Below, piece after piece: positions 51,823-64,000 of a stretch of DNA of 64,000 nucleotides. Source of the DNA: Opitutia bacterium. Lineage in GTDB: Bacteria; Verrucomicrobiota; Verrucomicrobiia; Opitutales; T3Sed10-336. The stretch covers positions 19,473 to 83,472 of the forward strand of contig PWMU01000037.1 in assembly GCA_003558065.1 (NCBI GenBank), read 5' to 3'. The translations under genes were made by a program, and so were the position numbers. The notes under the pieces are model-generated. The model searched no databases. It was given only the letters and a program-made list of their open reading frames with translations, and was not told where the DNA came from. Numbering within the stretch: the first letter of the stretch is position 1; every line of letters starts with the position of its first letter.

Positions 51823-53829
51823 CTAACCCTCCCCGGCCAGGATGGGCGGCATGGGGCAACCGAGCTCGTCGGCGATGGCGCGGAGAAGTTCGCCTTCCTC
51901 CACGGCGAGTTTTCCGTCGGACGCGACGCAGAAGGACGCGCCCTGCAGGAAACGTTTCTTCATCGGCGGGGAGGTTTGTGCCAGGCGGTCCAGCGCCTTG
52001 CCGATCGCTTCGGGCGTGCACTCGTTTTCGGGAACCAGGCGGGCGTGGGCCTGGATCATTCGAAGCCGGGAAATGCCGTTCGAAAACGCCTTGGTTGTGT
52101 CCTTTTCGCCCGCATGGGCGAGTGCCGATAGAATGAGGCTCACCTCGTCCGCCACTGCCTGGAAGGCATGGAGTTGGGCGACCCGCGCCGTCTTCTTCTC
52201 AAAGTGTTCGTCGAGGTGGCGAAACAGGATCTTCTCCAGACAGAACTCGAAGAGGGACAGGTTTTCATCCGCGGCGATCAGTTCACCCACGACTCCCTTG
52301 AAATGATCATACTGTTCGGGAGAAAGCTGGCGGAGTGCGGGGAGTGAAATGTCCAGCAGAGGCAGGCGTGCTTCCGGTTTGAGGGCCTCCATCTCGGGGC
52401 GGAGTTTTTCCAGCTCGCCGAGTACGCGCGGATCCGCCTTTTCTTTGAGGAGTTCCAGCTGTTGATCACACACCTTGTCGTCTTTCGAGAGGAGGAGTAT
52501 ATAAACGATCGCCTTGGCGCCGAGGGGTTCGTGAGCACCGTCGCGGAGAGGATCCGGAAACGATTCCAGGATTTTGGCCGCGCGCTGCTGGTGGGCGTTG
52601 CCCAGGGTCCCGATGCTGGCCAGGAGGATCTCCGGGCGGATCGGCAGGAAATCGCCCCCGGGCAAGGGGCTGGCCCCGCCTGGGGGCGGGCGCCGTCGCG
52701 CTTGGGGTCTGGGCTCGGGAGGCTGTTCATGCCGGGGCTTGGGCGGGCTGACCCTGGGAAAGGTTCCGTCAAAGGAGGGGTCCACCTTCCGGATGCGCCG
52801 CTTCAGCGGCGGATGGGTCGCGAACAGATTGGCGGCACTGCGCGAGAGGGCGTTAGCGAAAAAGAAGTGCCCCGCCTCGACCGAATGGGCGGACCGGACC
52901 TGGCCCTTGAATACAAGGCCGCCGATCTTTTTCAGCGCCCCCGCGATGCCGTCGGGATTGCGGGTGAACTGCACGGCGGCCGCGTCGGCAAGGTATTCGC
53001 GGCGGCGGGAGATCGCGCTCTGGATCAGCCGTGCGAAGATCACCCCGAGGTACCCGATGATCGTCAGGGCGATGGAAAGGGCGATGATGGCGACAATCGC
53101 CGCTCCGCCCCCTCCGCCGCCGCGCCCCCGTCCTCCCCCGCCCGAGAAGGAGCCCCGCCTGCGTCCCGCGCTTCCGACAAAGATGCCGCTGACCATCCCG
53201 AGACCGATGAGGTGGATCAGCAGGATGCCGTTCAGAATGCCCATCAGGCGGACGTTGAGGGCCATGTCGCCATTGAGGATGTGACTGAACTCGTGGGCGA
53301 TCACACCCTGGAGTTCGTCGCGGTTGAGAGTCTCCAGGGTGCCGCGGGTGACCGCGACTGCGGCGTTGTTCGGCGAGTTGCCCGCGGCGAAGGCGTTGAT
53401 GCCCAGCTCCTGTTCGAGGACGTAAATTTCCGGGACCGGCGTGCCCGAGGCGATGGACATTTCCTCGACGACGTTGACAAGACGTTTCGCCGCGGGGTCG
53501 TCGGTCGAGGGGGTGACCTCGGTGCCGCCGAGCAGCCGCGCGACCTTGCCGCCGCTTCCCCGGAGCTCCAAAATCCGGTAGAGGCTGCCGCCGCTGATGA
53601 TCAGCACCGTTATACCGGCGATCCAGCCGAACAACGGCCAGTCCCAGTAGCTCAACCACCCCTCCTCCGCCACCGGCTCCCCCAGGCGCAGGTCGTGGCC
53701 GGCGAAATCAAACGCCACCACGGTCACCGCATACACGGCGAGTACGATGCCGGCTACCGCGAGCAGATAAAGCAGCAGGAGCAGCGTGGTCTGTCGCTTT
53801 GCCCGGTCCTGGGATTCGAAGAAGTCCAT
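51823..53829 (-). CDS. M48-family (HtpX-like) zinc metalloprotease with a C-terminal TerB-like domain
   Basis: HEXXH appears in VIAHEFSHILNGD. There are TM segments, a Gly/Arg-rich loop, and a C-terminal ...DGKLAVEEGELLRAIADELG (TerB-like repeat). Confidence 0.75.
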   Translation of the reverse strand: MDFFESQDRAKRQTTLLLLLYLLAVAGIVLAVYAVTVVAFDFAGHDLRLGEPVAEEGWLSYWDWPLFGWIAGITVLIISGGSLYRILELRGSGGKVARLLGGTEVTPSTDDPAAKRLVNVVEEMSIASGTPVPEIYVLEQELGINAFAAGNSPNNAAVAVTRGTLETLNRDELQGVIAHEFSHILNGDMALNVRLMGILNGILLIHLIGLGMVSGIFVGSAGRRRGSFSGGGGRGRGGGGGGAAIVAIIALSIALTIIGYLGVIFARLIQSAISRRREYLADAAAVQFTRNPDGIAGALKKIGGLVFKGQVRSAHSVEAGHFFFANALSRSAANLFATHPPLKRRIRKVDPSFDGTFPRVSPPKPRHEQPPEPRPQARRRPPPGGASPLPGGDFLPIRPEILLASIGTLGNAHQQRAAKILESFPDPLRDGAHEPLGAKAIVYILLLSKDDKVCDQQLELLKEKADPRVLGELEKLRPEMEALKPEARLPLLDISLPALRQLSPEQYDHFKGVVGELIAADENLSLFEFCLEKILFRHLDEHFEKKTARVAQLHAFQAVADEVSLILSALAHAGEKDTTKAFSNGISRLRMIQAHARLVPENECTPEAIGKALDRLAQTSPPMKKRFLQGASFCVASDGKLAVEEGELLRAIADELGCPMPPILAGEG

Positions 53830-53961
53830 GAGAAGGGTCAGGTTCCTGAGGCGGGCGGCCCGCGGCGGAAGCGCCCGCCCTCGCGGGCCCTGAGCCGGCG
53901 TTTGCCGGCGGGCGCACGAGGGAGGCCGCTCACTGAGAACATTCCGGTCAATCTGAGCGGA

Positions 53962-54567
53962 TTACTTATCCTTATCGAATGAGACCTTGGGAGCCTCGCG
54001 CTCTTCGGCACGCTCGAGTTCGAAGAGCTGCGCCTCTTTAAAATTGAAAGGAGCGGCGAGCATGTTGTTGGGGAATTTCTCCCGCTCGGTGTTGTAGCGC
54101 ATGACCGCGTCGTTGAACGCCTGCCGGGCGAAGGCGATCTTGTTTTCCGTCGAGGAGAGCTCTTCGGAAAGCTGGGCCATGTTTTGATTCGCCTTCAGGT
54201 CGGGGTAGGCTTCCGACAGGGCGAAAAGCTTGCCAAGCGCGCCGGTGAGAGCGGTCTCAGCGCCCATCAATCCCTTGATTGCCGACGGGTCGTCCGGGTG
54301 AGCGGCAGCCTGGTCGCTCGCCTGGCTGGCGGTATTGCGGGCCTGGATCACCGCTTCGAGTGTCTCCCGCTCATGGGACAGGTAGGCCTTGGCGGTTTCG
54401 ACCAGGTTCGGAATCAGGTCGTAGCGGCGTTTCAACTGGACATCAATCTGGGAAAACGCGTTCTTGAAGCGATTTCTCATGGTGACCAGCCGGTTGTATA
54501 TGCCGACGGTGAAAAAAACCAGGCCGACGATGACGACCAGAACAATGATAATCGGAAGGTACTCCAT
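53962..54567 (-). CDS. lemA: LemA family protein
   Basis: N-terminal TM helix, then YNRLVTMRNRFKNAFSQIDVQLKRRYDLIPNLVETAKAY...AYPDLKANQNM, the canonical LemA pattern. Confidence 0.9.
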   Translation of the reverse strand: MEYLPIIIVLVVIVGLVFFTVGIYNRLVTMRNRFKNAFSQIDVQLKRRYDLIPNLVETAKAYLSHERETLEAVIQARNTASQASDQAAAHPDDPSAIKGLMGAETALTGALGKLFALSEAYPDLKANQNMAQLSEELSSTENKIAFARQAFNDAVMRYNTEREKFPNNMLAAPFNFKEAQLFELERAEEREAPKVSFDKDK

Positions 54568-54762
54568 AACGGGATTCGGGTTGGGTGTTGGGTTTGACGT
54601 TGATTAAGAAGCCGGTTTGACCCGGCTCAAACGATTTCTCGCCCATCCTAAGGTTTTCAACGTGAAGGGCGAGAGGAAAATAGGATGAACCTGACTCGTT
54701 TTTCAAGGTCCATGGGGTTGCGTATTGTCAAGCAATGGCATTGTGTTAAGCTGATCGGTTAA

Positions 54763-57450
54763 ATGACGGAAACCGCTTTACAGGTGCGCGCGTCGGAAAG
54801 CCCCGCAGTCTCCGGCGGGCGCCGGCAGTTCTTGGTTGTTGCCATCCTCGCTTTGGGCAGTGTGATGCTGTTTCCGAGCGGGGCGCAGGCAACGACCGCG
54901 GTGCCGGCCGGACAGGATACCATTCCTCTCGCCGAGGAGGACGCGCGCCGGAGCGGCGACAGACTCGCCCATTTCGTCTGGATGCGGCAGTCTGCCGACG
55001 ATGCTCTTCGACAGGGCTTTCCGTCGCTGGCGGTTCGCCTCTACTGGCGCGCCGCGGAAGTTCTGCCCGAAGACGATTATCGTCACAACGAAATCGACCT
55101 GATGGTCAGTACCGCGTTGCTGGCCATGGGCCGGTATGACGAGGCGCGGGAGCTGTTGGAGGAGTACCGGGGCGAAGTGAACGATGAAGTGTTGCTGCGG
55201 AGGGCGATTCTTTCTTGGCGGGGACAGCGATGGGATGAGTTGGAGTACAGGCTGAGCGAGATCAGCTCCGGGGCGATCTCGAGGCGGAACATCGGGTGGT
55301 ACTCTTTTCTCCAGGGCCAACTGAAAGAGGTGGAGGGCGATGCCGGGGAGGCTGAGAAATGGTTTCGTCGTGCCGAGGAGGAAGCGGTTTCGCCGGCCCA
55401 GCGCGCCCAGTTCGTTCTTGCCCGCTTCCGTTTGAAACTCCTCGATGAAGAGCCGGACGATGCGTTGCTTGACAGCCTCAAGGAGGAGATGGAGGCGTAC
55501 GAGGGAACCGAGGACGGGTACCGGTTCGCGCAGAAGTACGTAATTGCCCTGGATTCACTTGACCGGCGCAATGAAGCGATTGAGGTCGTGCGCTCGAAGC
55601 TGCAGATGATCCCGGAGATGGAGAAAGAGCTGAGAGACCAGTTTCTTCTGCTCGAAGGGGTGATCGGCGGGCGCGACAGCGAGGCCGGAGTGGAGGCGTT
55701 TGAGAAGCTTTTGAGAACCGGGGATACCCGCCGTTATCAGCGGGCCGCTCTTTACGAACTCGGGAGGGACCTGTCCGACGGTGCGGTGCAGGATCGCTTC
55801 AAGGAACTGCTGTCCGAGCTGATTGATGCGGAGGCGGAGCATCCGCTGATCGACGAATTGTTGACATTCCGTTCGAGGATTTCTTTCGAGCGGCGGGATT
55901 TCGAAGAGGCGTCGGAGGATGCGGAGACGGTGTTGAGTCAGTATCCGGGGTCCCGCTTTAAAAAGGACGCCCTCCGGCTGTTGGCCCATATCGCCTGGGA
56001 GGAGCGGAAATTCCGCACGGCCGCGGATTACGTGACCCGTCTTCGTGCCGAGATTCCCGAAGGGGAGCGCAGGTCGGAACTCGGGGTGTTGATCGCGGAT
56101 TGTTATTTTCGAGCCCAGGATTACAACAACGCGGCCGATGCGTACGGGAATGTGCTGCGGGAGCAGCCGGAGCGCATCTCCCGGGGACTTTTGGTTTTTC
56201 AACGCGTCCAGGCCGAGCTCCGGGGGGGACGTCTCGATCGCGCCAGGGAGCACCTCGACGATGCGGCTTTCGAGACCCTGGAGGATCTCGATTTCCTGTG
56301 GCAGGCCGAATGGAACCTTCTGAAGATCATGCAGCGAAAGGGCCGGATGGAGGAGGCCTACGGCAGGGTGACCGAGCTGCTTGAAGACCGCGAAGACTAT
56401 CCGCTCCCCCATGCCCTGAGAGTGCGTTTTACGTGGTTGCAGGCACAGCTCTCCTTCGAGGCGGGACGCCCGGAGGATACTCTTTCGCTGGTGGAAATGG
56501 TCTTCTCAGAACTTGCGCGGGATGATGCGGGTTCCGATCTTACAGAGACCCTGAGGCGTTCCGTCCGCAGTTACGCCATGCTGATGCAGTCGCAGGCGTT
56601 GTTGGAGACCGGCGAGGCCGAGGAGGCGGTGAGGATTCTCCAGGAACTCCGGGAGGAAGACAGGGCCGGCGAACCGGCCGTCTATTCCTACCTGGTGGAG
56701 GCACGCTACCATGCGGCCGCTGGCCAGCCGGTGGAGGCGCAGCGCTTGCTTAATTCGCTCGCTGATTCGTATGAAAACAGCCCGTATGCCCCCATTGCTC
56801 TCTACGAGGCAGCGGTCATTACCGATCGTGGCGGACTGGGTGACGGCTACCAGGAACGCGCGATCAGCCGGCTTGAGCAGTTGGTGGAATCGTATCCGGA
56901 CCACCCGCTCGCGTTCTACGCCCGGTTGAAACAGGCCGATTTTCTGAGGGAGATGAATCGGTTCGGTACCGCCCGGCGGATCTACGAGTCTCTGGAAAAC
57001 CGGCACCCGGATCATCCGGACTGGTTTCGCGTCAAGGTGGCATTGGCCGATACCCACCTCGCCCAGGGAGAGGGGGGCGACGAATCCTTTCTCGAACGGG
57101 CGTTGGTCACCCTGGAACGCCTCTACGACCTGCCCAACCTTACTCCGGATATGAGGGCCGAAGCCGGGTTCAAATATGGCTTTGCGTATGAGAAGATTGG
57201 CGACAAAGAGCAGGCTCAGGAGGTGTATTGGCTGGTGATTTCGTCCTCCCTTCAGGACGATAACAACCTGTCGGAACTCGGATCCAAGGGACGCTACTGG
57301 GTCGCCCGTTCCGTGCTGCACCTGGGGAGGCTGCTGGAGGATTCCGAGCGATGGGGCGAGGCGCGCGAAGCCTACGCCCTCATCCCCGCGTACCAGCTCC
57401 CGGGGGAAGGGCTTGCCCGATCCAGGATTTCACCTCTGACAGCGCGGTAA
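54763..57450 (+). CDS. Large secreted/periplasmic TPR-repeat protein
   Basis: Signal-like N-terminus (FLVVAILALGSVMLFPSGAQA) followed by multiple TPR-like A/Y/L-periodic helical repeats. Sits directly upstream of exbB/exbD. Confidence 0.6.
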   Translation: MTETALQVRASESPAVSGGRRQFLVVAILALGSVMLFPSGAQATTAVPAGQDTIPLAEEDARRSGDRLAHFVWMRQSADDALRQGFPSLAVRLYWRAAEVLPEDDYRHNEIDLMVSTALLAMGRYDEARELLEEYRGEVNDEVLLRRAILSWRGQRWDELEYRLSEISSGAISRRNIGWYSFLQGQLKEVEGDAGEAEKWFRRAEEEAVSPAQRAQFVLARFRLKLLDEEPDDALLDSLKEEMEAYEGTEDGYRFAQKYVIALDSLDRRNEAIEVVRSKLQMIPEMEKELRDQFLLLEGVIGGRDSEAGVEAFEKLLRTGDTRRYQRAALYELGRDLSDGAVQDRFKELLSELIDAEAEHPLIDELLTFRSRISFERRDFEEASEDAETVLSQYPGSRFKKDALRLLAHIAWEERKFRTAADYVTRLRAEIPEGERRSELGVLIADCYFRAQDYNNAADAYGNVLREQPERISRGLLVFQRVQAELRGGRLDRAREHLDDAAFETLEDLDFLWQAEWNLLKIMQRKGRMEEAYGRVTELLEDREDYPLPHALRVRFTWLQAQLSFEAGRPEDTLSLVEMVFSELARDDAGSDLTETLRRSVRSYAMLMQSQALLETGEAEEAVRILQELREEDRAGEPAVYSYLVEARYHAAAGQPVEAQRLLNSLADSYENSPYAPIALYEAAVITDRGGLGDGYQERAISRLEQLVESYPDHPLAFYARLKQADFLREMNRFGTARRIYESLENRHPDHPDWFRVKVALADTHLAQGEGGDESFLERALVTLERLYDLPNLTPDMRAEAGFKYGFAYEKIGDKEQAQEVYWLVISSSLQDDNNLSELGSKGRYWVARSVLHLGRLLEDSERWGEAREAYALIPAYQLPGEGLARSRISPLTAR

Positions 57451-57518
57451 GGTGCGGCGGCCGCGGCAATCCAATGGAAATTCAGGGTACTCGGACTCCG
57501 GTTTTTTGACCAAATATT

Positions 57519-58193
57519 ATGAATGTTTTTGATTTCACGCTATTCGAAAAAGGCGGTCCTGTCATGTGGCTCTTGCTGCTGTTGAGCATGATCGGGCTGA
57601 TCCTTTTCATCGAACGAACTCTCTTTCTGCATCGCAGTCAGATCCGTTCCACCGAGTTCGTTTCGGGCATCAAGAATATCCTCAGAAAGAGGCGGCTGGT
57701 GGAGGCGTTGACGGTGTGCGAAGAGACGCCCGGCCCTGTTGCCAGCGTGGTCAAGGCGGGGTTGCTTCATCACGAAGACGATGAGCAGAAGCTGCGGTTT
57801 GCTATTCAGGAGGCGGCCCTGGTGGAGATCCCCGCGATGGAGCGGAGGATCGGTTCGATTGCCGCGATCGCGCATGTCGCACCCCTTCTGGGGCTTTTGG
57901 GAACGGTTCTCGGCTTGATCAATGCTTTCCACCTCCTGCAGACGGAGGGCGCCTACGCCCACGCGGGCGTCTTGGCGGGAGGAGTCTGGCAGGCGCTGCT
58001 GACCACGGCCGCCGGACTGGCCATTGCCGCTCCCGCCTACCTGGCCCAGCATTTTCTTTACGGTCGCGTGCGGGCGCTGGTTCACGATATGGAATGGGTC
58101 GGCAACGAGATGATGCAATTCCTCCTGAAAGATCTCCGTGGCGAGCTGAAAGTGGGGACGGGAGAAGCAGGGAGTTCCGAGCTGAAGTCATGA
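57519..58193 (+). CDS. exbB: MotA/TolQ/ExbB proton-channel protein
   Basis: Three TM helices and the conserved APLLGLLGTVLGLINAF...ALLTTAAGLAIAAPA. Confidence 0.85.
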   Translation: MNVFDFTLFEKGGPVMWLLLLLSMIGLILFIERTLFLHRSQIRSTEFVSGIKNILRKRRLVEALTVCEETPGPVASVVKAGLLHHEDDEQKLRFAIQEAALVEIPAMERRIGSIAAIAHVAPLLGLLGTVLGLINAFHLLQTEGAYAHAGVLAGGVWQALLTTAAGLAIAAPAYLAQHFLYGRVRALVHDMEWVGNEMMQFLLKDLRGELKVGTGEAGSSELKS

Positions 58194-58645
58194 TCACCAG
58201 GCCGCTCAATCTTCAGAGCAAATTGAAAAGGTCCTCGGGGAGCTTTGATTTCATCGCGTTACTCGATGTCGTCGTGCTCGCCCTCGGGTTCACGCTGCTC
58301 AGTTCACGCTTTATTTTCGCTCCCGGCATTACCGTCGATCTTCCGCGGGTCGGACAGGGTGAGTTGACGGGAATGCGGACGGATGCGGTCCTGACTATCG
58401 GCGCGAATGAGATGCTCCTGTTCGAGGGAGCGATCCTTAATTTCGACAACTTTGAAGGTTACCTTCGCGACTATTTCGCCGACGAATCCGGCGCTGCCCT
58501 CCTGATACGGGCCGACCGAAGCATTTCGATGGAGACTCTGATGGAGGTTGCAGAGATGGCGAGGGCTGCCGGGGTGGATCGCGTGCAGATCGCCGCGACT
58601 CCTCCCCGTACCGAGGAGCGTGAGTTCTTCGAAACACCCCGGTAG
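58190..58645 (+). CDS. exbD: ExbD/TolR biopolymer transport protein
   Basis: ATG 58190 overlaps the exbB stop (ATGA). Single TM helix (FIALLDVVVLALGFTLL), then LIRADRSISMETLMEVAEMARAAGVDRVQIA. Confidence 0.8.
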   Translation: MITRPLNLQSKLKRSSGSFDFIALLDVVVLALGFTLLSSRFIFAPGITVDLPRVGQGELTGMRTDAVLTIGANEMLLFEGAILNFDNFEGYLRDYFADESGAALLIRADRSISMETLMEVAEMARAAGVDRVQIAATPPRTEEREFFETPR

Positions 58646-58674
58646 CATCAGTTGCGGAGAGTGGACGGAACCTT

Positions 58675-59463
58675 GTGGATTTTTCGAAAAGGAAAAGCAA
58701 AGTCATGACCAGGGGAGAAAAGGGATTTCGGCGGGCGCCAGTGCGGTTCTGGTTGTGCGCCGCCGCCGCGGGCCTTTTAGTGCACGCGGCCGGGTTGGCG
58801 CTTCTCCATGTCGAAACCCTGCCCGAGACCTCTGTGTTGATCGAGCGACCGTATGCGTCGATTTTGTCTGGTCAAGCCGAGCCTGTGCCGCGGGACTCGT
58901 TCGACCGTATTGCGCTCATGGATACCTCCCCGCTTTTCCTGCCTACCCGCTGGAACACCACCAGCGGTAATCTTCAGGCTATCCGCGGGAGAAAGCCGGG
59001 CGAGTTGTTTGATCTCTATTCTCCGGAACTTTCTTTCGACGATTCCCCGGCGGCGGCCGAGCTTTCCCTGCGCCTGCAAATCGTGGCGGAGCCCCACGAG
59101 CACCTCCTGGTCCGCGACCGCTTTCCTTTTTCCTCTCTGGGACGGCAGGACTATGAACCGCCTGAGCTCAGGGGGCGTTTTGCGGTTGTTGAAGTGTATT
59201 CATTTGACGGCCACGCTCCCGAATATCAATTCGAAGTGACGAAAGATGAAGTCCCGGAATCCGTCGACGAGCCGACCTATTCCGCGGATTCGCTGATCTT
59301 CACCTTCCAGGTCAGCTCGGTCGGGTTCATGGGATCGCTTTTTCTGGTGGAGAGTTCCGGTGACGATGAGCTCGACGAGTTTTTCCGCGGACAAGTCACG
59401 GAATCACTGCGTGAAAAAGGAGGGCTGGATTCCGGCTATTACCGCGTCGAAGTCGGACCGTGA
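58675..59463 (+). CDS. Membrane-anchored protein with a TonB-C-like terminus (candidate energy transducer)
   Basis: N-terminal anchor (FWLCAAAAGLLVHAAGLALL), C-terminal LFLVESSGDDELDEFFRGQV (SSG..LD motif), and position after exbBD. Confidence 0.4.
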   Translation: MDFSKRKSKVMTRGEKGFRRAPVRFWLCAAAAGLLVHAAGLALLHVETLPETSVLIERPYASILSGQAEPVPRDSFDRIALMDTSPLFLPTRWNTTSGNLQAIRGRKPGELFDLYSPELSFDDSPAAAELSLRLQIVAEPHEHLLVRDRFPFSSLGRQDYEPPELRGRFAVVEVYSFDGHAPEYQFEVTKDEVPESVDEPTYSADSLIFTFQVSSVGFMGSLFLVESSGDDELDEFFRGQVTESLREKGGLDSGYYRVEVGP

Positions 59464-59480
59464 TTCTTGAATGAACAAAA

Positions 59481-59520
59481 CAAAAAAGCCTTATTGCCGC
59501 ACGGGAGCGGCAATAAGGCT
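59481..59520 (-). terminator. Rho-independent terminator for ppdK; the hairpin is shared with the convergent TonB-like gene
   Basis: Perfect 14-bp stem AGCCTTATTGCCGC (59487-59500) / GCGGCAATAAGGCT (59507-59520) with a 6-nt loop. On the minus strand it is followed by a T6 run (plus-strand caaaaaa, 59481-59487). Confidence 0.7.
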
Positions 59521-59546
59521 CGGTGGCTTGACGCCGGTTTAAGCGT

Positions 59547-62315
<2,769 letters not shown>

Positions 62316-62506
62316 CTGTGCTAACTGTGTTAGTTGTTGGCTACAACGATTTGTAGATAGGAATGAAAGGAGACAGTTGAAAACCGATCCCTTGTTTGGT
62401 GTCAATTACTTAACCCGAATACCGTCGAACCGATCACGGTTCTTGAGCGATTCCGCCGACTTTGCCAGTTGCAATAAACGCGCTTTCCGCCCAAGTTTTG
62501 GCAAAT

Positions 62507-63346
62507 ATGAGTGACGACCGCGACGAAGAGGATTCCTCCGATGATTGGGAGGATGGAGACGAGGAGATCTCCGGCGACCGGAAGGCCATGGGCTTTCTCG
62601 ACCACCTCGATGAGTTGCGGTGGGTTGTGGCCAAATGCGCGGCGGTTTTCCTCGGGGCCGCGCTTCTGGTGGCCTTCTTCCTGAAGGATTTCGCGTCGCT
62701 TTTGAACTGGCCGCTCCGAAGCGCCATCGGAGAGTCCGGATTGATGGAGGGGCTGGTAACCACATCCCCGACCGCCGTTTTTGCGGTCCTCGTACAACTT
62801 TGCTTTTTGGGCGGCCTGGGACTCTCGCTGCCGTTCATTCTGTATTTTATCGCCAGGTTCGTGGCGCCCGCGCTGACAAAAAGAGAGCTGAAGTTGTTGA
62901 AGCCGGTGTGTATTGCCTGCCTGGGGCTGTTTCTGGGCGGGGCGTTTTTCAGTTACCTGGTGCTGGTTCCGGGCGTGATCCGGTTCTCGGTTTCTCTGAA
63001 CGAAATGCTCGGCCTCCAGCTCCTCTGGTCTGCCGATCGCTATTATAATATGCTGGTCTGGATGACGATCGGTATCGGTATGGCCTTTCAGTTTCCGATG
63101 GTGATCTGTCTGATGGTGTACCTTGGGCTCGTTACCACTGATAAGTTACGCAGCGGTCGCCCGTACGCGATCGTGGGATTCTTTGTTGCCGGAATGACCC
63201 TGACCGCCACGTGGGATCCGGTGACCCAGACGATGGTCGCCCTGCCGATGTGGGGACTTTATGAGATTGCCATTATCGTTGGGCGGCGAATGGAGAGAAA
63301 ACGGGAGGACGAACTCTCCGAAGCTGATCTGGACGGACCCGCCTGA
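62507..63346 (+). CDS. tatC: Twin-arginine translocase subunit TatC with an acidic N-terminal extension
   Basis: Contains MGFLDHLDELRWVV...PFILYFIARFVAPALTKRE...YLVLVPGVIRF (six TM helices). The likely start is ATG 62507 (MSDDRDEEDSSDDWEDGDEE). Confidence 0.85.
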   Translation: MSDDRDEEDSSDDWEDGDEEISGDRKAMGFLDHLDELRWVVAKCAAVFLGAALLVAFFLKDFASLLNWPLRSAIGESGLMEGLVTTSPTAVFAVLVQLCFLGGLGLSLPFILYFIARFVAPALTKRELKLLKPVCIACLGLFLGGAFFSYLVLVPGVIRFSVSLNEMLGLQLLWSADRYYNMLVWMTIGIGMAFQFPMVICLMVYLGLVTTDKLRSGRPYAIVGFFVAGMTLTATWDPVTQTMVALPMWGLYEIAIIVGRRMERKREDELSEADLDGPA

Positions 63347-63588
63347 GGGTGTGCCGGCGGGGCGTCCTTCCCCGTCCTCGCCGGGAGTGAAAGAGCGGAG
63401 GGTTGCGGGGCGGGAACAGGGACCGAGATTGGCGGAAAATAAGTTTGCCCATCGCGGCTGCACGTGTGGTAGAATTCGGTTTCCGGTTTGAAGGCGTTCC
63501 GGGATGCCGAGGGCGGGGGCCGAAGAGTCGGCTTCCCGCAGCGAAAGGAACCTGGCCGGGTGCGAAGAAACAGTAAAGGAAGCAAAAT

Positions 63589-63840
63589 ATGACGACGAAA
63601 TTGTATGTGGGCAATCTGCCGTTTGGTTCGGCGGAGGACGCCATTGAAGAGTTGTTTACCAGTGTCGGTAAGGTTGAGGAGGTTGCGTTGATCAAGGACA
63701 AGATGACCGGCAAGTCGCGCGGGTTTGCGTTTGTCACGATGTCTTCAGAGGACGAGGCCCAGAAGGGGATAGACGCTTTTGACGGGAAGGATTTCGACGG
63801 GCGGAAGCTGGTCGTGAACATGGCCCGGCCCCGGGAGTAG
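63589..63840 (+). CDS. RRM-type RNA-binding protein
   Basis: RNP-2 is LYVGNL and RNP-1 is RGFAFVTM. 83 aa, with AAGGAAG upstream. Confidence 0.9.
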   Translation: MTTKLYVGNLPFGSAEDAIEELFTSVGKVEEVALIKDKMTGKSRGFAFVTMSSEDEAQKGIDAFDGKDFDGRKLVVNMARPRE

Positions 63841-64000
63841 CGCCGCGCCCGGCCGCGGTTCCGGTTTCCAGGTTTGCGGTTCCGGGCGCCGGAGCCGTAT
63901 TGAGGCGTTCGGTCTCCTGTGGAGCTTCGGTGTTGCTGCGGCGTGTCGGGCTGTCGTCCGGCAGCTCCGTTGTGCCTGCGGTCCCCGTCCTTCCATCGAT

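Overview
High-GC (roughly 60%) bacterial chromosomal segment, densely coding. Most large ORFs on the opposite strand of real genes are GC-driven antisense artefacts. Gene content (exosortase, a Planctomycetes/Verrucomicrobia-type small basic protein, several family-5 SBPs, an RRM RNA-binding protein) suggests a PVC-group or Verrucomicrobiota-like organism; this is inference only. I can support about 50 genes. These include a housekeeping HIT-phoH-HD(7TM)-ybeY-DUF502-recO string, rpoZ/smpB/thrB, an Opp/Dpp-type ABC transporter, a hexuronate-type catabolic cluster (uxaC, SDR, kdgK-like, Ldh_2, 2-hydroxyacid dehydrogenase), ribBX, a LemA/M48/YugP protease cluster, a TPR-ExbB-ExbD-TonB-like module, ppdK, tatC and an RRM protein. 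The most unusual content is a ~15.5 kb co-directional alpha-glucan operon at 16361-31891: glgA, DUF4912, GH57 branching enzyme, a GWD-type glucan,water dikinase with two CBM45-like modules, a PWD-type dikinase fused to a xylose-isomerase-like TIM barrel, a second stand-alone TIM barrel, and a GH13 pullulanase-type debrancher. It looks like a bacterial version of the plant/algal starch phosphorylation machinery but has no recognisable dual-specificity phosphoglucan phosphatase. Second in interest is a tandem pair of dynamin-superfamily NTPases at 40314-43945; the second member is strikingly EHD-like and carries a transmembrane hairpin. Other observations are a nuclease-helicase fusion at the window edge, an SBP gene frameshifted in an A8 homopolymer, heptanucleotide tandem-repeat arrays forming a long inverted repeat, an AT-rich islet with an orphan XRE regulator, and several unusual terminal extensions. 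I recognised no rRNA, tRNA, CRISPR array or transposase.
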